A stretch of 64,000 nt of DNA, from the NCBI GenBank assembly GCA_003971905.1, contig RSEE01000052.1:372001-436000 (forward strand), read 5' to 3'. Every line of letters starts with the position of its first letter. Within the stretch, counting starts at the first letter, position 1. Below are positions 24,956 to 38,026 of this stretch, one piece after another. The notes beneath the pieces were generated by a model. That model was not told the origin of the DNA and ran no database searches. It worked only from the letters and a program-made list of their open reading frames with translations. Made by a program: the position numbers and the translations under genes. The DNA is from Moniliella sp. 'wahieum' (taxonomy: Eukaryota).

Positions 24956-25783
24956 GACTCGACGATGGGAGAGGAATGGGTGTGTAACAGCCACCGTTTG
25001 AAGCTTCCGCCTATCTAGTAAGGCGGCATCGTCTGTTATTTGCCCACACAAAACTGAGCGACTGAGCCAGCATGTGCTTGTGGAGTTATAGGATTGTTAG
25101 TAGTAGAAACCACAGTACATTAGCACCCGCCCATCGTCTCAGATCTCACCGCTCATCTCCCCAGGCCTAGTATCACAACCTTCAAGCTTCTCACCCAGAA
25201 GGCACCGGCCACAAGGTAGCTTTCATCCCAAGCGCTGGCCGAGCTGTGTTTCTTGGGCTAACCCACGAGAGAGCCATGTCTGGCGTACCAGGAGAGGTGT
25301 GGTTCCATCGCTGTTGCGGACATGGGGGATGACCGGTGACGGCCACCAATGATGGGCAGCGGAACTGCCGGACAGGCAGCAGTGATCGGTGGTCGCTGAT
25401 TCCGCTTCCTACGCGTTACGCGTCTTATGACGCGTCGCGCTGGCTGTCCCACGGCGTTTACGACGTGGGAGAACCGAATGCCGAGCAGTCACGTGCCTGT
25501 CGGTAGTTGTACAGTTCACGGTCAATGCCGATCACTGGTCACCGGCCAAGGTGCAACACTGCCGTGTGGCCTTCGGAGTAGATGCTTACGTACAGCAGGC
25601 AGGAGCGGCCGGGCACACTGCCCCCCTGGTGCGCATTCGCTCACCAATGGCCGATGCGCCTGTTGCTTGCTTGGGCTGCCTCAGGCCTCAGGCCGCGTCC
25701 CCATCCCGCCCGACTTTGGCCACAGCCACCTACCTACCTTTTTCTTGTCTGCCTTCTTACCGCCACCCCCCCATTGGATCACC

Positions 25784-26466
25784 ATGAGCGAAGCTGAACC
25801 AAGCCCGACGGTCTTCCACCGCCGACGAGCACCTCAACCTCAAGGTCAAGAACAGCGATGGTGCTGAGGTCTTCTTCAAGGTACGTCTCCTCCCGTCCCT
25901 GCTTGGCACCAGTAGCTGACGTTTCGCTTTCTGGTCCTCATTCAGGTTAAGGACGACCAAGGTACGCCCAGCAACATTGATCTAGCACCTCCTTCTTTTG
26001 CTTGCTTGTTTATTGACGCGTTCTGATCCGATCCATTCTGTTACTCTGTGCAGCTGTCCAAGCTGATGAAGGGTATGTCACCCCCTCCCCCCCTGGTTCG
26101 AATGTCTACTAACCCCAATCTTCTCCAGCTTACGCCGACCGCATGGTATGCTTTTGCCCAGACTAGTGCTAAGATGGCGAGAATTACTGACTCTGTTGTT
26201 TCCCGTTGCGCACCACCAGGGTACCGACAGTAGGTATGTACGCCCCCCTACCTCTCTGTGCTCCATGCATGGCGTGCGTTGCTGACTGTCTCCCAGCTCT
26301 GTCCGCTTCGTGGTTGATGTAACCGTGTGCAACCTGATGACACGGCCCAGTCGGTACGTGCCCCACACGGCTCCTTCCATCCCGCTTGTGCTAACTCATC
26401 CAGCTTGGTCTCGAGGACGACGATGAGATTGAGGTCATGACGGAGCAGATCGGGGGCGGGCTGTAA
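25784..26466 (+). CDS. SMT3: SUMO, 7 exons
   Basis: Spliced: EHLNLKVKNSDGAEVFFK|VK(R)TTK|LSKLMK|AYADRM|GTDS|SVRFVVD(G)NRVQPDDTAQS|LGLEDDDEIEVMTEQIGGGL*; six GT-AG introns. Confidence 0.92.
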
Positions 26467-27450
26467 GCTTCCCATGTTCTTTCTTGTTTCCCGTGTCTTG
26501 TCGCGCCGTATTGCGCTTCCTTGGGCTCCCTTCACGGCCCTTGCATCCGAGCAACGTACGCAGGCTAGTCTTGATCTCTCTCTCTGTGCATTCATAGCGG
26601 TGCGGGGCCAACCAAGTAGGCCTACCTCCTTGGCTCTTCCGTGTCAAGGCGTATGTTGCCCTTTGGGAGGGCCACTGCTCCCCATGCCCCCCCTGGCTGC
26701 GTCCATAGTCCGCAGCTAGGCAACTTCACGACACAAGTATTAGGCCACAGCTTTGCAACTCCAAATAGCTTCTTGCCAGGCCCGCTGGACACTGTGACAC
26801 CCGGTATGCCCGTCTGCGTGTTGAGATGCAAATCCGCGGCCTCAGAATTTAGAGGCGTTAGGCCTTAGGCGTTAGGCCAAGGCCCGTTTCGCGTCAGGCC
26901 TGGCCCAATCGGCCGGGGAAGATCGCTGAAGCGCGAAGCAGCTTAACGCGCGCGTGAAGCCGAACCGGCTGAGCCCTGAAGGGCACAACCGGTTGGGCCT
27001 GATTAAATTCCACGCCACGGCGGATGACACCCCCGTGCGGACTGCCCATGGGCGTTCTTGTGGTTCCCTGCCCCTTTTGTGGCTCTGCTTCACGAGAGGC
27101 GGCTGCAGGCCACCGCCAGCCAGGCCGCGCACAAGCGCAAGTTGACCATCGAGCCATGGAGTCAGGCCTTCGCACCTTCTCCGGTTAGCGATCAGCTTCC
27201 GCTGGCGCCCTAGCTGGCTAGGAGTTGACGCGGCATGAGGCCCAGGGCTGAGGCTGAGGCTGCGCGCTGGGGCTCAATAAGCGCTTAGGCTAAGCTCGCC
27301 TGGCGGCAATGGCTGATCAGATGATCGATGATCGATCAAGCGCCTCGGGACGCCCAGGCCAAATCAAAAGCCACGCGGGCCATGTGATTTCAGTTGCAGC
27401 TTGTCTTCCCCCCCCCACCGTTTTCCTCGGCCTCGCCTGCCTCGTCCATC

Positions 27451-28060
27451 ATGTCCTGGGCCGGTTGGCTGTACATCTTCAGTGTCCTGGCTGCGGCCGG
27501 ATTCATGTTCACCATGGTGTACTACATCATCATGTTCTCTGACCTCGAGTGCGACTACATCAACCCATTGACCTGTGTGCAGCAAGCTCAACGACCTTAC
27601 TGTGTGCCCGAGATGGCCGCGCACGCTGTGCTCACTGGCCTCTTCCTCCTCTGTGGCCAATTCACCGCCGTGCTCATCAACCTGCCGCTCTTGCTGTACA
27701 ATGCGCACAAGTTCCGAACCCACTACCTACCTCCCGATGCGACCGAGATCTCCGAACGCTGTCCCAGGCCAAGAAAGTGTGCTTCTTCAAATTGGGCTTT
27801 TACCTCGCCCTCTTCTTCTCTACAGCCTTTACATGTGCGTCCTCACTGCCCTCTCCCTTGATGCCAGCCAGCTGACTCTGTTCTTCTGTTCGTTTGATGC
27901 AACCGCATCATCCAGGATGAATTACCGTTCTGATTGCCGGTAAGCTTTTCTTCTCTCTCTTCTCTCCATCACCACGCCCGCCCGGATGCCCCTGACCTTG
28001 TCTTTTCCATCTGACAGACCATGACGAACATTACAAATCCCCGGCCCACCTATTGACGCC
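27451..28060 (+). CDS. ERV14: Cornichon family ER cargo receptor
   Basis: MVYYIIMFSDLECDYINP, PEMAAH, LINLPLLLYNA, DATEI, FFKLGFYLALFF; short 3' introns make the end approximate. Confidence 0.9.
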
Positions 28061-28819
28061 AGGTGTAGCAGACGCATTCAGCGTTTTCCCCCCCCGCCCC
28101 CCGCCCCTTTCTCCTGAGGACAATGACGCCTGTCTTGTGTAGTCTCGTCTTTCCTCCTCCCATCCTCCCATTTCCGTATTTTCCTACCCCCAACTCGGTT
28201 ATCTCGGTACCTCCTGGTTTGCGCCCTGGCATGAGCAGAGCAGACTGTGTGTGTGGCTGCAATGCGATGCGATCCTGTGGGCGTGCACGTTTGCTGGGCC
28301 CCGTATGGGGATGGAGCCCCGCTACCTACATAGCAGTGGGAGGGAAGCGGCAGGCCGTGAGGTAAGCGAGGTGCAGTCGGGTGCAGCTGGCAGCGACGCC
28401 GATGGCGAGGAGGCCCACTTGCCTTCGCATCGCGCATGCGGCGTGGCGGGGGGGGCGGCCAAAGACAGTGGTAGGCAGGCAGGCAGGCAGGCTAGCTGGC
28501 GCGGCGATGCGCATGCATGCGCCCAAGTGGGTAGCCAATCGCACATGCAACACCGGGGCGCCCCTTTCCGTTTGAATTGCCAACTTTCAAACGGGAAGAG
28601 CACTCCGTGAGTACTCAGGGAGCACTCAAGCGCTGGGCTCTGGTGGCGCAGGCAGATGCAGACCAGCTGCGCCGTTGCAGAGCATCAGCGGCCTGTTTCT
28701 CGCGGCGGTATATATACTTCGGCTGTTGGCCATCAATCCATGGATTGCCTGTCTGTGTCCCACCGTCTGCGCTCCACCACCTACTCCCCCAGCGATCCAC
28801 TCCCCCAAACGAAATAACG

Positions 28820-30720
28820 ATGAACGGAACCCAGAGTGGAAACACTCCGTCTCCCTCGTCGCGTCCTGCCGCTGGCCAGCGCGACCTCACCTTCACCAAC
28901 AACTTCTGGGTGCGTTTTCTATTTTTTTCCCTCCTTCTCATCTTCGTATTCATCTCCACTTGGCCTGCTGGGCTCAGCGTCTGGTTTGCTGACAACCTTC
29001 CTTCCCCCCCCCCCCCAGGGTGAAGGCGACGAAGGTTTCAATAGGGTCATCTGCCGTGTAAACGACACGGCCAAGACCTTGGACAACTGGGCCGCCTATT
29101 GCAACGATCGCGCTCAGATTGAAGCGGACTATGCCCGACGCTTGACCCAACTGGCCCGCAAGTCAATTGGCGAGAATGGTACTGGGTACGTGCTTGGGTC
29201 TGTCACGCGTATGAGAGTGCCTGACTTTTTGCCGCCAGGGACATGGGCGCAGCGCTGGCCACGTTGCAGCAAAAACGGGACGCATCGCCCAAACACACGC
29301 TGCTATGGCCAAGGAGCTGGAGGATGGCGTGTCTGGTGAGGTAGCCCAGTTTCAGAAGGACCATGCTGCCTTTTTCCCCACCTCGGTGGATACGATGGTC
29401 AAGGAGACCTCCATCAAGCGCAAGCATGTTACCATGCAAATCCAAGCGCAAGAGACGTACCAGACCCTGTGCCGCAAAGTCAAATCTTTCGCCGCTCACA
29501 TGACGGTTGTGCGGGGCCGCGACCTGGAGCAAGCCGAGGCCAATTTGGAGGCAGGCTAAGCAGGCCAGGGCCGTGGCCGAGCGGGATTATCGCCAACACA
29601 CCATGGCCGTGCGCAATGCCACGCACAAGTGGAACAAATATTGGAAAGCGTTCCTGGACCAAGCTCAGGATGAAGACGAGGAGCGAACCAATTTCATCCA
29701 AGGAAGCTGCTGGCGATACGTCGATGCAGTGGCCACAGCATGTGTGGAAGACGACAAGGCATGTGGAGTGGTGTATGATGCATTGCGCACCATCGACGCG
29801 GCTCGTGACTCGGCCAACTTTGTTGCCGAATCGCGGACAAGCAACTATGTGGTTGAAGCCCCTGCATTCATTAACTTTGCCCAAGATCAAACCCGACCCA
29901 CGAGTCTGCCTTACGGTATTGCTGGCTTCACTCGTTCCTCGAGACACGACCCTGGGCACGAGATCCCTCCTCAAGCGCCGCCCGAGGATGCAGGCACACC
30001 ACCGCGGATGACTCTGTCGCCGCCCCCCCTTGTAGGGGAATTGCAAGCACCCTACAACCCCAAACAGGGTATCCAACCCGGACCGATGCGGACAGACACA
30101 TCGCCGACTCCCCCGTCCAAGGAGCGGACGTCCAGCTACCCGCCCACCGTCTCTTCCAACCAATCCTTTGCAGCGCGCCAGCCTCCCACCACCCACAGCT
30201 CCTCTTTCTCGTCCAACTCCATCGCCCTGCCCCAACACGCGCGGTCCCAATCTTTGCCATGGGAGTGCGCCCTGACGCAACCAACACAGGTGCAGCAGAG
30301 AGAGCGTGTATCGGTGGAAGATCGGCTGGCAGCGATGCTCCCTCGCAACCAAATCGCCAACGCAAATACGCCACCTCCCTCTACCGTCGTGTACGAGCCC
30401 CGAAACCTGCCGCAACAGCCGGCTCAGGGGAGCGGGGCAACCTTTTCCTGCGACCCTCCCCAACCCGTTTCCGGATGAAACGGAAAGCACGCCGCTTCGT
30501 TCCCAGTCGGGTGTGGACCAGCCGCAACAGGCTACCCAGAATCAGATGCCTCCGTCGGACGCAGCGCAGTATATGCGTGCGTATCAGCGCCGGCAGTCTG
30601 GAATACCACCCCATTACAATGAAGCTTCCATGGGCACCTCCGTGCCCCCTCCTATTTAAACCCGATATCTCACCTGCACTTGCACCTGCACCTACACCTG
30701 CGCCTGCTCCTGCACTTACA

Positions 30721-30805
<85 letters not shown>

Positions 30806-31291
30806 TGCTCCTGCTCCTGGAACCGCACCAAAACCAGAGCCAAATCCACGTCCACCAGTGCCAGCGCCAGCGCGAGCACCAACTGCGGCTCCGCCTGCTG
30901 CGACGCCGTACCTGGCGGGAGAAATGTATCCCTCCTTTTCTTCCTCTGAAGCTTCCCAATCGCTCAATGGGCAGCATATCCCGCCTCCCGAGCCAGAGGC
31001 TGCGACGGCGCCTGTCCCTGGCCTCCCCTCGGCATCGACCCAGCAGCCTCTCTCTGGCACCACTGCTACGAATGCTTGGACCCAACCGGATGGACGGAGA
31101 GTAAAGTTTTTCGTCAAGGCCATGTTTGATTACACGGCCGCGATGGACAGTGCGTTTTCGTTTACGAAAGACGATGTGATTGCGGTCACGGCCTGTCCGC
31201 CCAATGGTGGTGGGAGGGCGAGTTGATGGACGAGGATCGTCGAGTCCAGGAGCCAATAAGTTCCCGTCCAACTTTGCGAGTTTTTATTTAA
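28820..31291 (+). CDS. F-BAR (FCH) plus C-terminal SH3 protein, Cdc15/Hof1-like
   Basis: FTNNFW|GEGDEGF, YCNDRAQIEADYARRLTQLARK, QDEDEERTNFI; SH3 FFVKAMFDYTA...FSFTKDDVIAVT...FPSNF; Pro-rich linker. Confidence 0.85.
30673..30818 (+). repeat. (CCTGCT)n hexamer microsatellite, probable Pro-Ala linker
   Basis: Long run of cctgctcctgct... Confidence 0.95.
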
Positions 31292-31305
31292 TCCCACAAC
31301 TATAT

Positions 31306-31497
31306 TCCTCTTCCTCTTCCTCTTCCTCTTCCTCTTCCTCTTCCTCTTCCTCTTCCTCTTCCTTCCTTTCCTCTTCTTCCTTCCCTCTTCCTCTCTTCCT
31401 CTTCCTCTTCCTCTCCTCTTCTCTCCTCTTCCTCTTCCTCTTCCTCTTCCTCTTCTCTCTTCCTCTTCCTCTTCCTCTTCTCTCCTCTTCCTCCTCA
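31306..31497 (+). repeat. Pure pyrimidine (CTCTTC)n microsatellite
   Basis: ~190 nt of C/T only, immediately 3' of the F-BAR-SH3 gene. Confidence 0.95.
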
Positions 31498-31826
31498 TTC
31501 TGCATTGTACACATCTTTGAACCTTGATTCATTGGTGGCCTAAACGGCGAATTGGAGGAAAGAAAGCGGTTGGGGACCGGGACTATAGGTGTCCCAAGAC
31601 AAGAGGAAGGAAGCCGTTCGCTCCATCGCTCCGCTTCAGCACCAACAATCGCCGCAGACACGTAGTGACGAGAGCTCGTGACAAAGGGTCGGACCGATCA
31701 GAAAACGAAGAAAAAGAAAGCGACTTCGGTCCAGTCTGAGCACCAACCAAAAAAAGGTAGTAGAGGGTGCTGAAAAAATCCGCCAAGAGGGGAGGTGAAA
31801 GGAAGCGCTGCCACGATCGACTTGAT

Positions 31827-32498
31827 CTACTTTGCCGATTCAGCCACCTGGGCCTGCTTCAACCGACGAATGGGGCATTGATGGCGAACCGGGGCTGAGT
31901 AGGAGGGAGCAGGGATGAACTTGGCCCCGCGGATGCGGCCGAGGCATGTCCCATGTCCGCACTGGCACGCAAAGGGCTGGGTCATCTCCCACTCGGTCGA
32001 GGGGTAAAAGAAGCTCAGTGCATCGCCCTTCTGGATGGGCTGGAGCGCTACCACCTTCCATTCGGCTTGCGCTGGAGAAGAAACGTCAAAGTGCACGTTG
32101 GGCACGCACGAGTGGTTGCAGTACAACAAACTGGATTTAGGTTCATAGTCCCCGCAGTCCTGTCAGCATGTTCTCCAGCTCTCAAGATAAAAACATGTGG
32201 TGGTGCAGATGGAAGATCCCGAGGTTTAGGAAGGAGCGTACTCGCTGTGAAGCTCAATGTTATTCTCCCCCACCTGGACTGAGGAGTAGCGTACGGTCGA
32301 TGTCGGCTGCGCGTGGGAAAACGTGGTGATCGTCTCACCTTGGCAAAGTCGCGCTGGACAACGAGGGAGGAGTTGTAGGCGCCCGGCTGGAACTCGACTT
32401 GGAAGAGCCGGGGTGGGTGGGCGCGTAGACCGCCTTGGCTTCTCTCCATCGCCATTGGAGAGGTGGAGAGCAGGAACGGTGGCGACGGTAGCAGACAT
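31827..32498 (-). CDS. Small SET/post-SET domain protein
   Basis: LYCNHSCVPNVHFD, IQKGDALSFFYPSTEWEMTQPFACQCGHGTCLGRIRGAK; upstream exon YSSVQVGENNIEL; TATA-like TTTATAAA at ~32612. Confidence 0.8.
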
Positions 32499-34520
32499 GA
32501 TGCACAGAACTGAGAGTGGTGAGCAGGGCTGGGCAGGCTGGGCAGGAGTGATGGTCGAGGTGGGATGAGGTGGGGGGTGAAGGCAGGCTGGGAGTCGGCA
32601 CCACGCAGCCGTTTATAAACTGTCGGCTCCCGCAGGAACGTTTAGTATACTAGACACAGTGTAGAAGCATAAATAGTACGTACTTTACATATTGAGTGTT
32701 GCGGACAGCCCATGCCATATGACCGTGATGGGTTGATTTGGTTGACGCCCGCAGCAGGAAGAAACTTTTGGCATGAGAGAGTTTGGGGACTCGGAGGGTT
32801 AGCTTCCGGCAAATTGTGGCCCGAGAGGCCGGGAGGGAGTGGGGAATACGGGATGCTTTCGGTTATGTGTGTCCACACACGGTACAGGCCGGGGGCGACC
32901 ACATGCTTCATCTCCGTTGGTATGTGGACAGCTTTTGCCACAAAGGCAATCGCATGTATGGTATTCTGGCCGTTATACTTGCGGAGATGGAACTGGCCTG
33001 TGGGAAAAGAAGAGTGGGAGCATGGGGATGGATATAGAACTCTTCTTCCGACGATCCACACTGCAGTGATGTCATCTCGCTTTCTGCGGGCGCAGCCAGT
33101 GTCTATACTAGCCAAGGAACAAAGAGGGGGGGTTGTAGCCGTTTCGGGCCGAGCTTGGACCGGGGGGGTTATGTGTTTTGTTGCGAGAGCTGAGAGGGGC
33201 AGGGCGGGGCGGGGCAGAGAGGATGAAGCAAAGCAGCCAGATCCCCCAAAGCAGACGGGTACAGACAGTAAAGAGGTCGGCAGTGCAAAACGTAACGAAC
33301 ACGTGCTGATAAACGTTACACGTTAAGGGGAGAGGATGGTGGACGTTGGGTGCTGGTGGGAACATATGTGGGCCACCACAAGTGCCTATACCAGCCAATG
33401 AACGTTTTTGGATCAGTTATCAATTACCCCACAACTGCTGCCCCACACACAGCGTGGGGTCGAAAAGATATGGTAGAGTGAAAAGTACGTGCTGCCACGT
33501 CCTCGTTACAATTGATTCCCACACGGAGGTTTCTGGTGCCAAGAAACAGCAAAGGACGACGGGTGAGTAAGTCCGTTGGGCGCATGGCTTCTTTGTCCCA
33601 GCCATTAATAAGCTCTGTCAATGATAGAACTGCAACAATTGACAGTTATATTGACCCATCGATACGGTACCATTTTATCCTACCTTTTGTGGTGTGCCTG
33701 GCTACTTTATCGTTACTGTCATGGCTGCAAAGCCATTATGTGCTAAGGTTCAAGTTTTCAACTCAGACGAATATTCCAACTCTGATCCCATCCTCCAGGT
33801 AGCTCACTACACTCCATGCCCCAACCTACCTTATTCTGGATCCCAAAAGGGAGAGGGGAAAGAGATGATACAAGACTCACTGATGTGTCATTGCGGGCAT
33901 GAGCACAACAGATATGGGCACCTGTATGTACACCACGAGGCCGCATCAGCATTAGCATATATCTCCTCTCTCGCGGATGATTAGGATTGATGCATTTAGA
34001 CCTCTTCGTGGTGGGCGCACGCCGCCTCAGTCGATGGCACAGCCCAGCATGGACAATGCGGCTACTAGTCCAAACCGGAAACCCCCATAATGGCGATTGG
34101 CGCTGTGGTCGCTGCTCTGGGTCTTCTCGGCCCCACCCCGGACTGGGGGTTGCGGTTCTCGATGGTTTCCGGAGATGTCGATGATTGTGATGTCATCGAC
34201 CCAGCTCAGGCCTGTGAGCCCCACAAACGTCGCCGCCCCCGCCGCCCCCCGTCGTGCCCCGTCATGCCCAGTTTCAATTTCTGTGCCCCCCCCCCCTTCG
34301 ATCTGCAGGCTGCCGAAGCAGTTGGAGCAAGCCATCCTCTTACCCGAACTGCTTCCCTCCTGAACAAGGCAAGATGGCGAGGGCGTAGTACCTCTACCTC
34401 TACTGTATGTGGCGACAGGGTCTGGAATTACATGGATTATTGCGGATTTTATTTGCAGACGAGGAGCTGGTCTGGGCCATGAGCGCTGAGCCTGGGACAA
34501 GAACGATGCTCTTGCCCGGT

Positions 34521-36122
34521 TTACTTGGTCAATGAGACCAGCGTAGGCGCCTCGCCCGTGCCGGGCGGCGTCGTCAACGCACCTGGCACTTCAAAGTTGC
34601 TGACGGGGGCGCCTTTGAGAGCCCGCGCCTTGATGCACTCGTCGACATAGTCCGTAAACATTTCCGCACAGTCTTCCGGTCCCCCCGCGTGCTCGGGATG
34701 GAACTGGACGGCCCAGACGGGGGAGCGGTCAACAGTGGGCGAAAGACGAATGCCTTCGATCGAGCCATCTTCGCATTGACAAACCACGGCTCCCATCCGT
34801 CGGGCCACTTGCCCTGCTCGATCGTCTGCGCACCTTCTTCCCACTTGAGTGCATACCCGTGGTTCTGCGACGTAATGACACCCGACCCGCCTTGACCGAC
34901 TTGCCGTGGGTCGCCATGGCCACCACCGGCTGGTTGTGACCACGGTTACCAAACTTCATCCGGTACGCTTGGATCCCAGCTGCGAGCCCAATAATCTGCC
35001 GATTCCCACGTTAGCTACTCACCACGTCGCGCAGGACTCGCTTGTTTGTGTGCGCCTCTCTCAACTCGGGACACAGCCAAAAGGGAAACCGACGTACCTG
35101 ATGGCCCATGCAGATGCCAAAGATGGGGCGGTCAAATTCCTGGATGGCCTTGCGCACGACGGCGATGGCATTGGGGATCGAGTGTGGGTCGCCCGGGCCG
35201 TTGGAAAGGAACAGACCATCAAACCTTGTTGGACCGTGCTAAAGTCATAGTCCCAAGCACCGTGACCGACGCACCACGACGGACAAGGTGACGGATAATG
35301 TTGGCCTTGGAACCAAAGTCCAGCAGGGCCACGTGCACCTTGGCTGCACTTGCGCCGCCCTGGGGATGGACCGTGTAGGGCTGCTTGGTGGACACTTGGC
35401 AATCAAGTTCTCCGTCATGGGGTCGACAAACTCCTCGGGCTTAGGGGGCACGAGGTGGTCCGGACCAATCTTGATGGCGCCAAGAGTGGAACCTTGGGTC
35501 CGCAGGAGCGTAGTGAGCGCGCGCGTGTCAATCCCCGTCACGCCCGGCACACCATGCCGAGCGAGCCAAGTGGAAAGACTTTCGACCGCATCAAAGTGCG
35601 AGAAATGTTCAGACAAGTTGGAGCAAATCACTCCGGCCGCTTGCACGCCCACCGATTCCATGTACGAGCCCACATTCACGTCGCGCGGATCGCCCGTCGG
35701 GTCGACCCGCGCAAAGTTGTCCGGCACACCATAGTTGCCAATCAGGGGCTGGGTAAACGTGAGCAGCTGGCCCTGGTACGACGGATCGGTAAGCGACTCG
35801 GTGTAGGACGTGATGCTCGTCGAAAACACCGTCTCGCCAAATTTGACGGGCTTGGGCGACCCAAAGCTCTGGCCACTAAACGCCTCGCCCGTCTTGAGGT
35901 GCAGCGTGGCGGGCTGCGAGGGCGGCGCATAGGTGTACGTGATGCGCGGCTGGGAGCTGATGGCAAACCCGCCGAGGGACGCGCTCGCGGGGGGGTCGCA
36001 AGCGCAGCGCAGGCCGAGGTGGTCAAGCCGTGCTGGTGGAGCTGGGGCGGGGGCTTAGGCAGCGCACGCACCACCGCGGACCAGGCGGGGGCAGGGCGGA
36101 GGCTGAGGCTGGGCAGCATCAT
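34521..36122 (-). CDS. CPA1: Arginine-specific carbamoyl-phosphate synthetase small subunit; intron donor ~35097
   Basis: FSTSITSYTESLTDPSYQGQLLTFTQPLIGNYGVP, GIDTRALT..LR..G, FGICMGHQ, GNRGHNQPV, VQFHPEHAGGPED; presequence-like N-terminus. Confidence 0.95.
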
Positions 36123-36183
36123 TCTGGGTCTTGTAAACTTGGTCCGAGATGTAGTCGTCGCGGGTCTGGGCGGAAAATCGCAT
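36055..36183 (-). promoter_or_regulatory. Arginine attenuator peptide (AAP) uORF
   Basis: MRFSAQTRDDYISDQVYKTQND... matches the fungal AAP core DY(I/L)SD; starts 61 nt upstream of the CPA1 ATG. Confidence 0.85.
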
Positions 36184-36792
36184 AAACGCGAGGCGAGGAA
36201 GCGGCAGAGGCAGCGGTGGGGGGGGGGGCAGAAGGAAAGGTGGACCGGTAGCGAGTCTCTTCACTTCCGGCGCTGGCGCGGGGATGCGTGCTGCCCTCCG
36301 GCCTTTTCCACCGATTTTTTCCTGCGGGCTGCCCAGGTTTTTCTCCACCACACTGCCCCCGTGCCCCAACGTGTCTGAGTGCGCTCGCCAGAGTCATCGC
36401 GCGGCGGAACGCACGGCGGCGGGGCGGAACGGCGGCGGGCCAAAGGCCAAACGAGGCGCCCAGCACGGCAGCGCGTGTGCCGTGCACCGTTCAACACCCC
36501 CTGTCCTTGTCCCCTCCGATGCCCACCTACCGCTAACCCTCTCGGGCTCACCTATTTCCGTTCCTTTCCACCGCCATGCGTATGGCTGGAACTCGTGTGG
36601 TGTCATTCTTATCTTCGGCGCTGCCGTCTCTGCAGCAACGGTGGAGCGGAACGAGATGGGCGACAGAGAAGGCTCCTGAGCAGGTACATGAACAGCAGGG
36701 AAGTGCGCGGGACAGGGGGAAGGGGTCAGGGGGAGCAGTGCGTCGGTACATGGAGAATCTAGATCAGATCGGAGCGAGGAGAGAGACGTAGG

Positions 36793-38026
36793 TTACAGCA
36801 AGCGTACATAGCCCGATGCGTACGACACGCTCGAGTCCCTCACCGCCTCGGCATGGGAACTTTGCTCGTAGCGCACAAAGCGTGCCTCGGACGCGGTCCC
36901 CGTCTTCTCCAATTCGGCCAGCGCAGCCAAGAGCAACCCGATCGGCTTGGCGCCACAGATGGTATTCTCGGTTTCGGTCAGGTACGTTTGAAATGCCGCG
37001 GCGGCCTCCGAGGCCGACTTGGCAGGGCGCGGTGCGTGGGCGCCATGCGGGCCATGGGAGATGGCCTGGATGCCATCCAAGTCCAAGTCGCGGATCGATT
37101 CCCAGAGCGCCGCCTTGCCGCGCGGCACGCTTTCGCCCGGACGGAGAAAGGTGGGGCGTTCGGCGGGGGAGGGACGGTAAAAGGTGTAGTCAAAGCGGAC
37201 GCCCCAATGGCAAAAGTCTGAGCTGATCACAAAGAAGGTCTTGGGGTCGGCCAGGTAAGGGGCAAGGATTCGGCCATAGGTCGCATGCGTCTCGGCCGGC
37301 ACGTGGCCCACCATGATGGGCACCAGTTGGACGTGTGGGTTGGTAAACACTTTCTTAATGTACGGCAGGTGCATCTCCAAACTATGTTCGTCCTCGTCCA
37401 CCGCCAACGACATGCGTACAAACTTGCCTGTCTGATGCAGCTCCGAGAGCGCTAGCGAGCAGCCATTCGCGTCAGCGTCCCGCATGGCCACACACACGCA
37501 TCGACAACCACCTACTCTGTTGGTCAATCGCAAGGTTCCCCAGGGGCGTAGCGTACTGGGATGCGGTCGACAGTGCGCACTGGCGCAGGTACACATGGTG
37601 CGACGGGCCCAGCAAAATACACGTTCGATCGAGCTCGGGTCCACCACTGGTACGCCCACGCCGCCGCCGCACCCGAATAGGCGTACCCGGCATGCGGGCC
37701 GATCAGCGCCTTGATCCCCGGCACAGGCAACGTGATTCGTTCCGCCTCCGCTTCGGGCCGAAGACGCCCGCTCGGGATACACGACCTGTTGCGCACTGGG
37801 GATGCCAGCCGGCGTAACGGCGGCCAACCATTGGGTCAGAGAGTGGTCCAGCGCCGGCGCTGGGGCGGGTCAGTCCTCCGTCCTCAGTTATCAGTCCTCA
37901 GGCTGAGGCCTCTCGCTTGCCTCACCATCACCTCAGAGCAAAGTGAAGCGGTGCGCAGAGGGGGGGGGCGAGCGTACCCTTTGACGTGTACCAAGAGCCC
38001 GCATGGGTCGCTGCGCGGACCGACAT
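36793..38026 (-). CDS. MEMO1 family protein
   Basis: MSVRAATHAGSWY, IGPHAGYAYSG, LLGPSHHVYL, YATPLGNL, DEDEHSLEMHLPY, VISSDFCHWG, NTICG..PI, DSSVSYASG. Confidence 0.92.

Noticed and set aside
32640..34500. Possible intron-rich gene between the SET gene and CPA1
   Set aside because: There are scattered splice-like signals and short ORFs on both strands, but I could not build a coherent model or recognise a domain; RNA-seq is needed.
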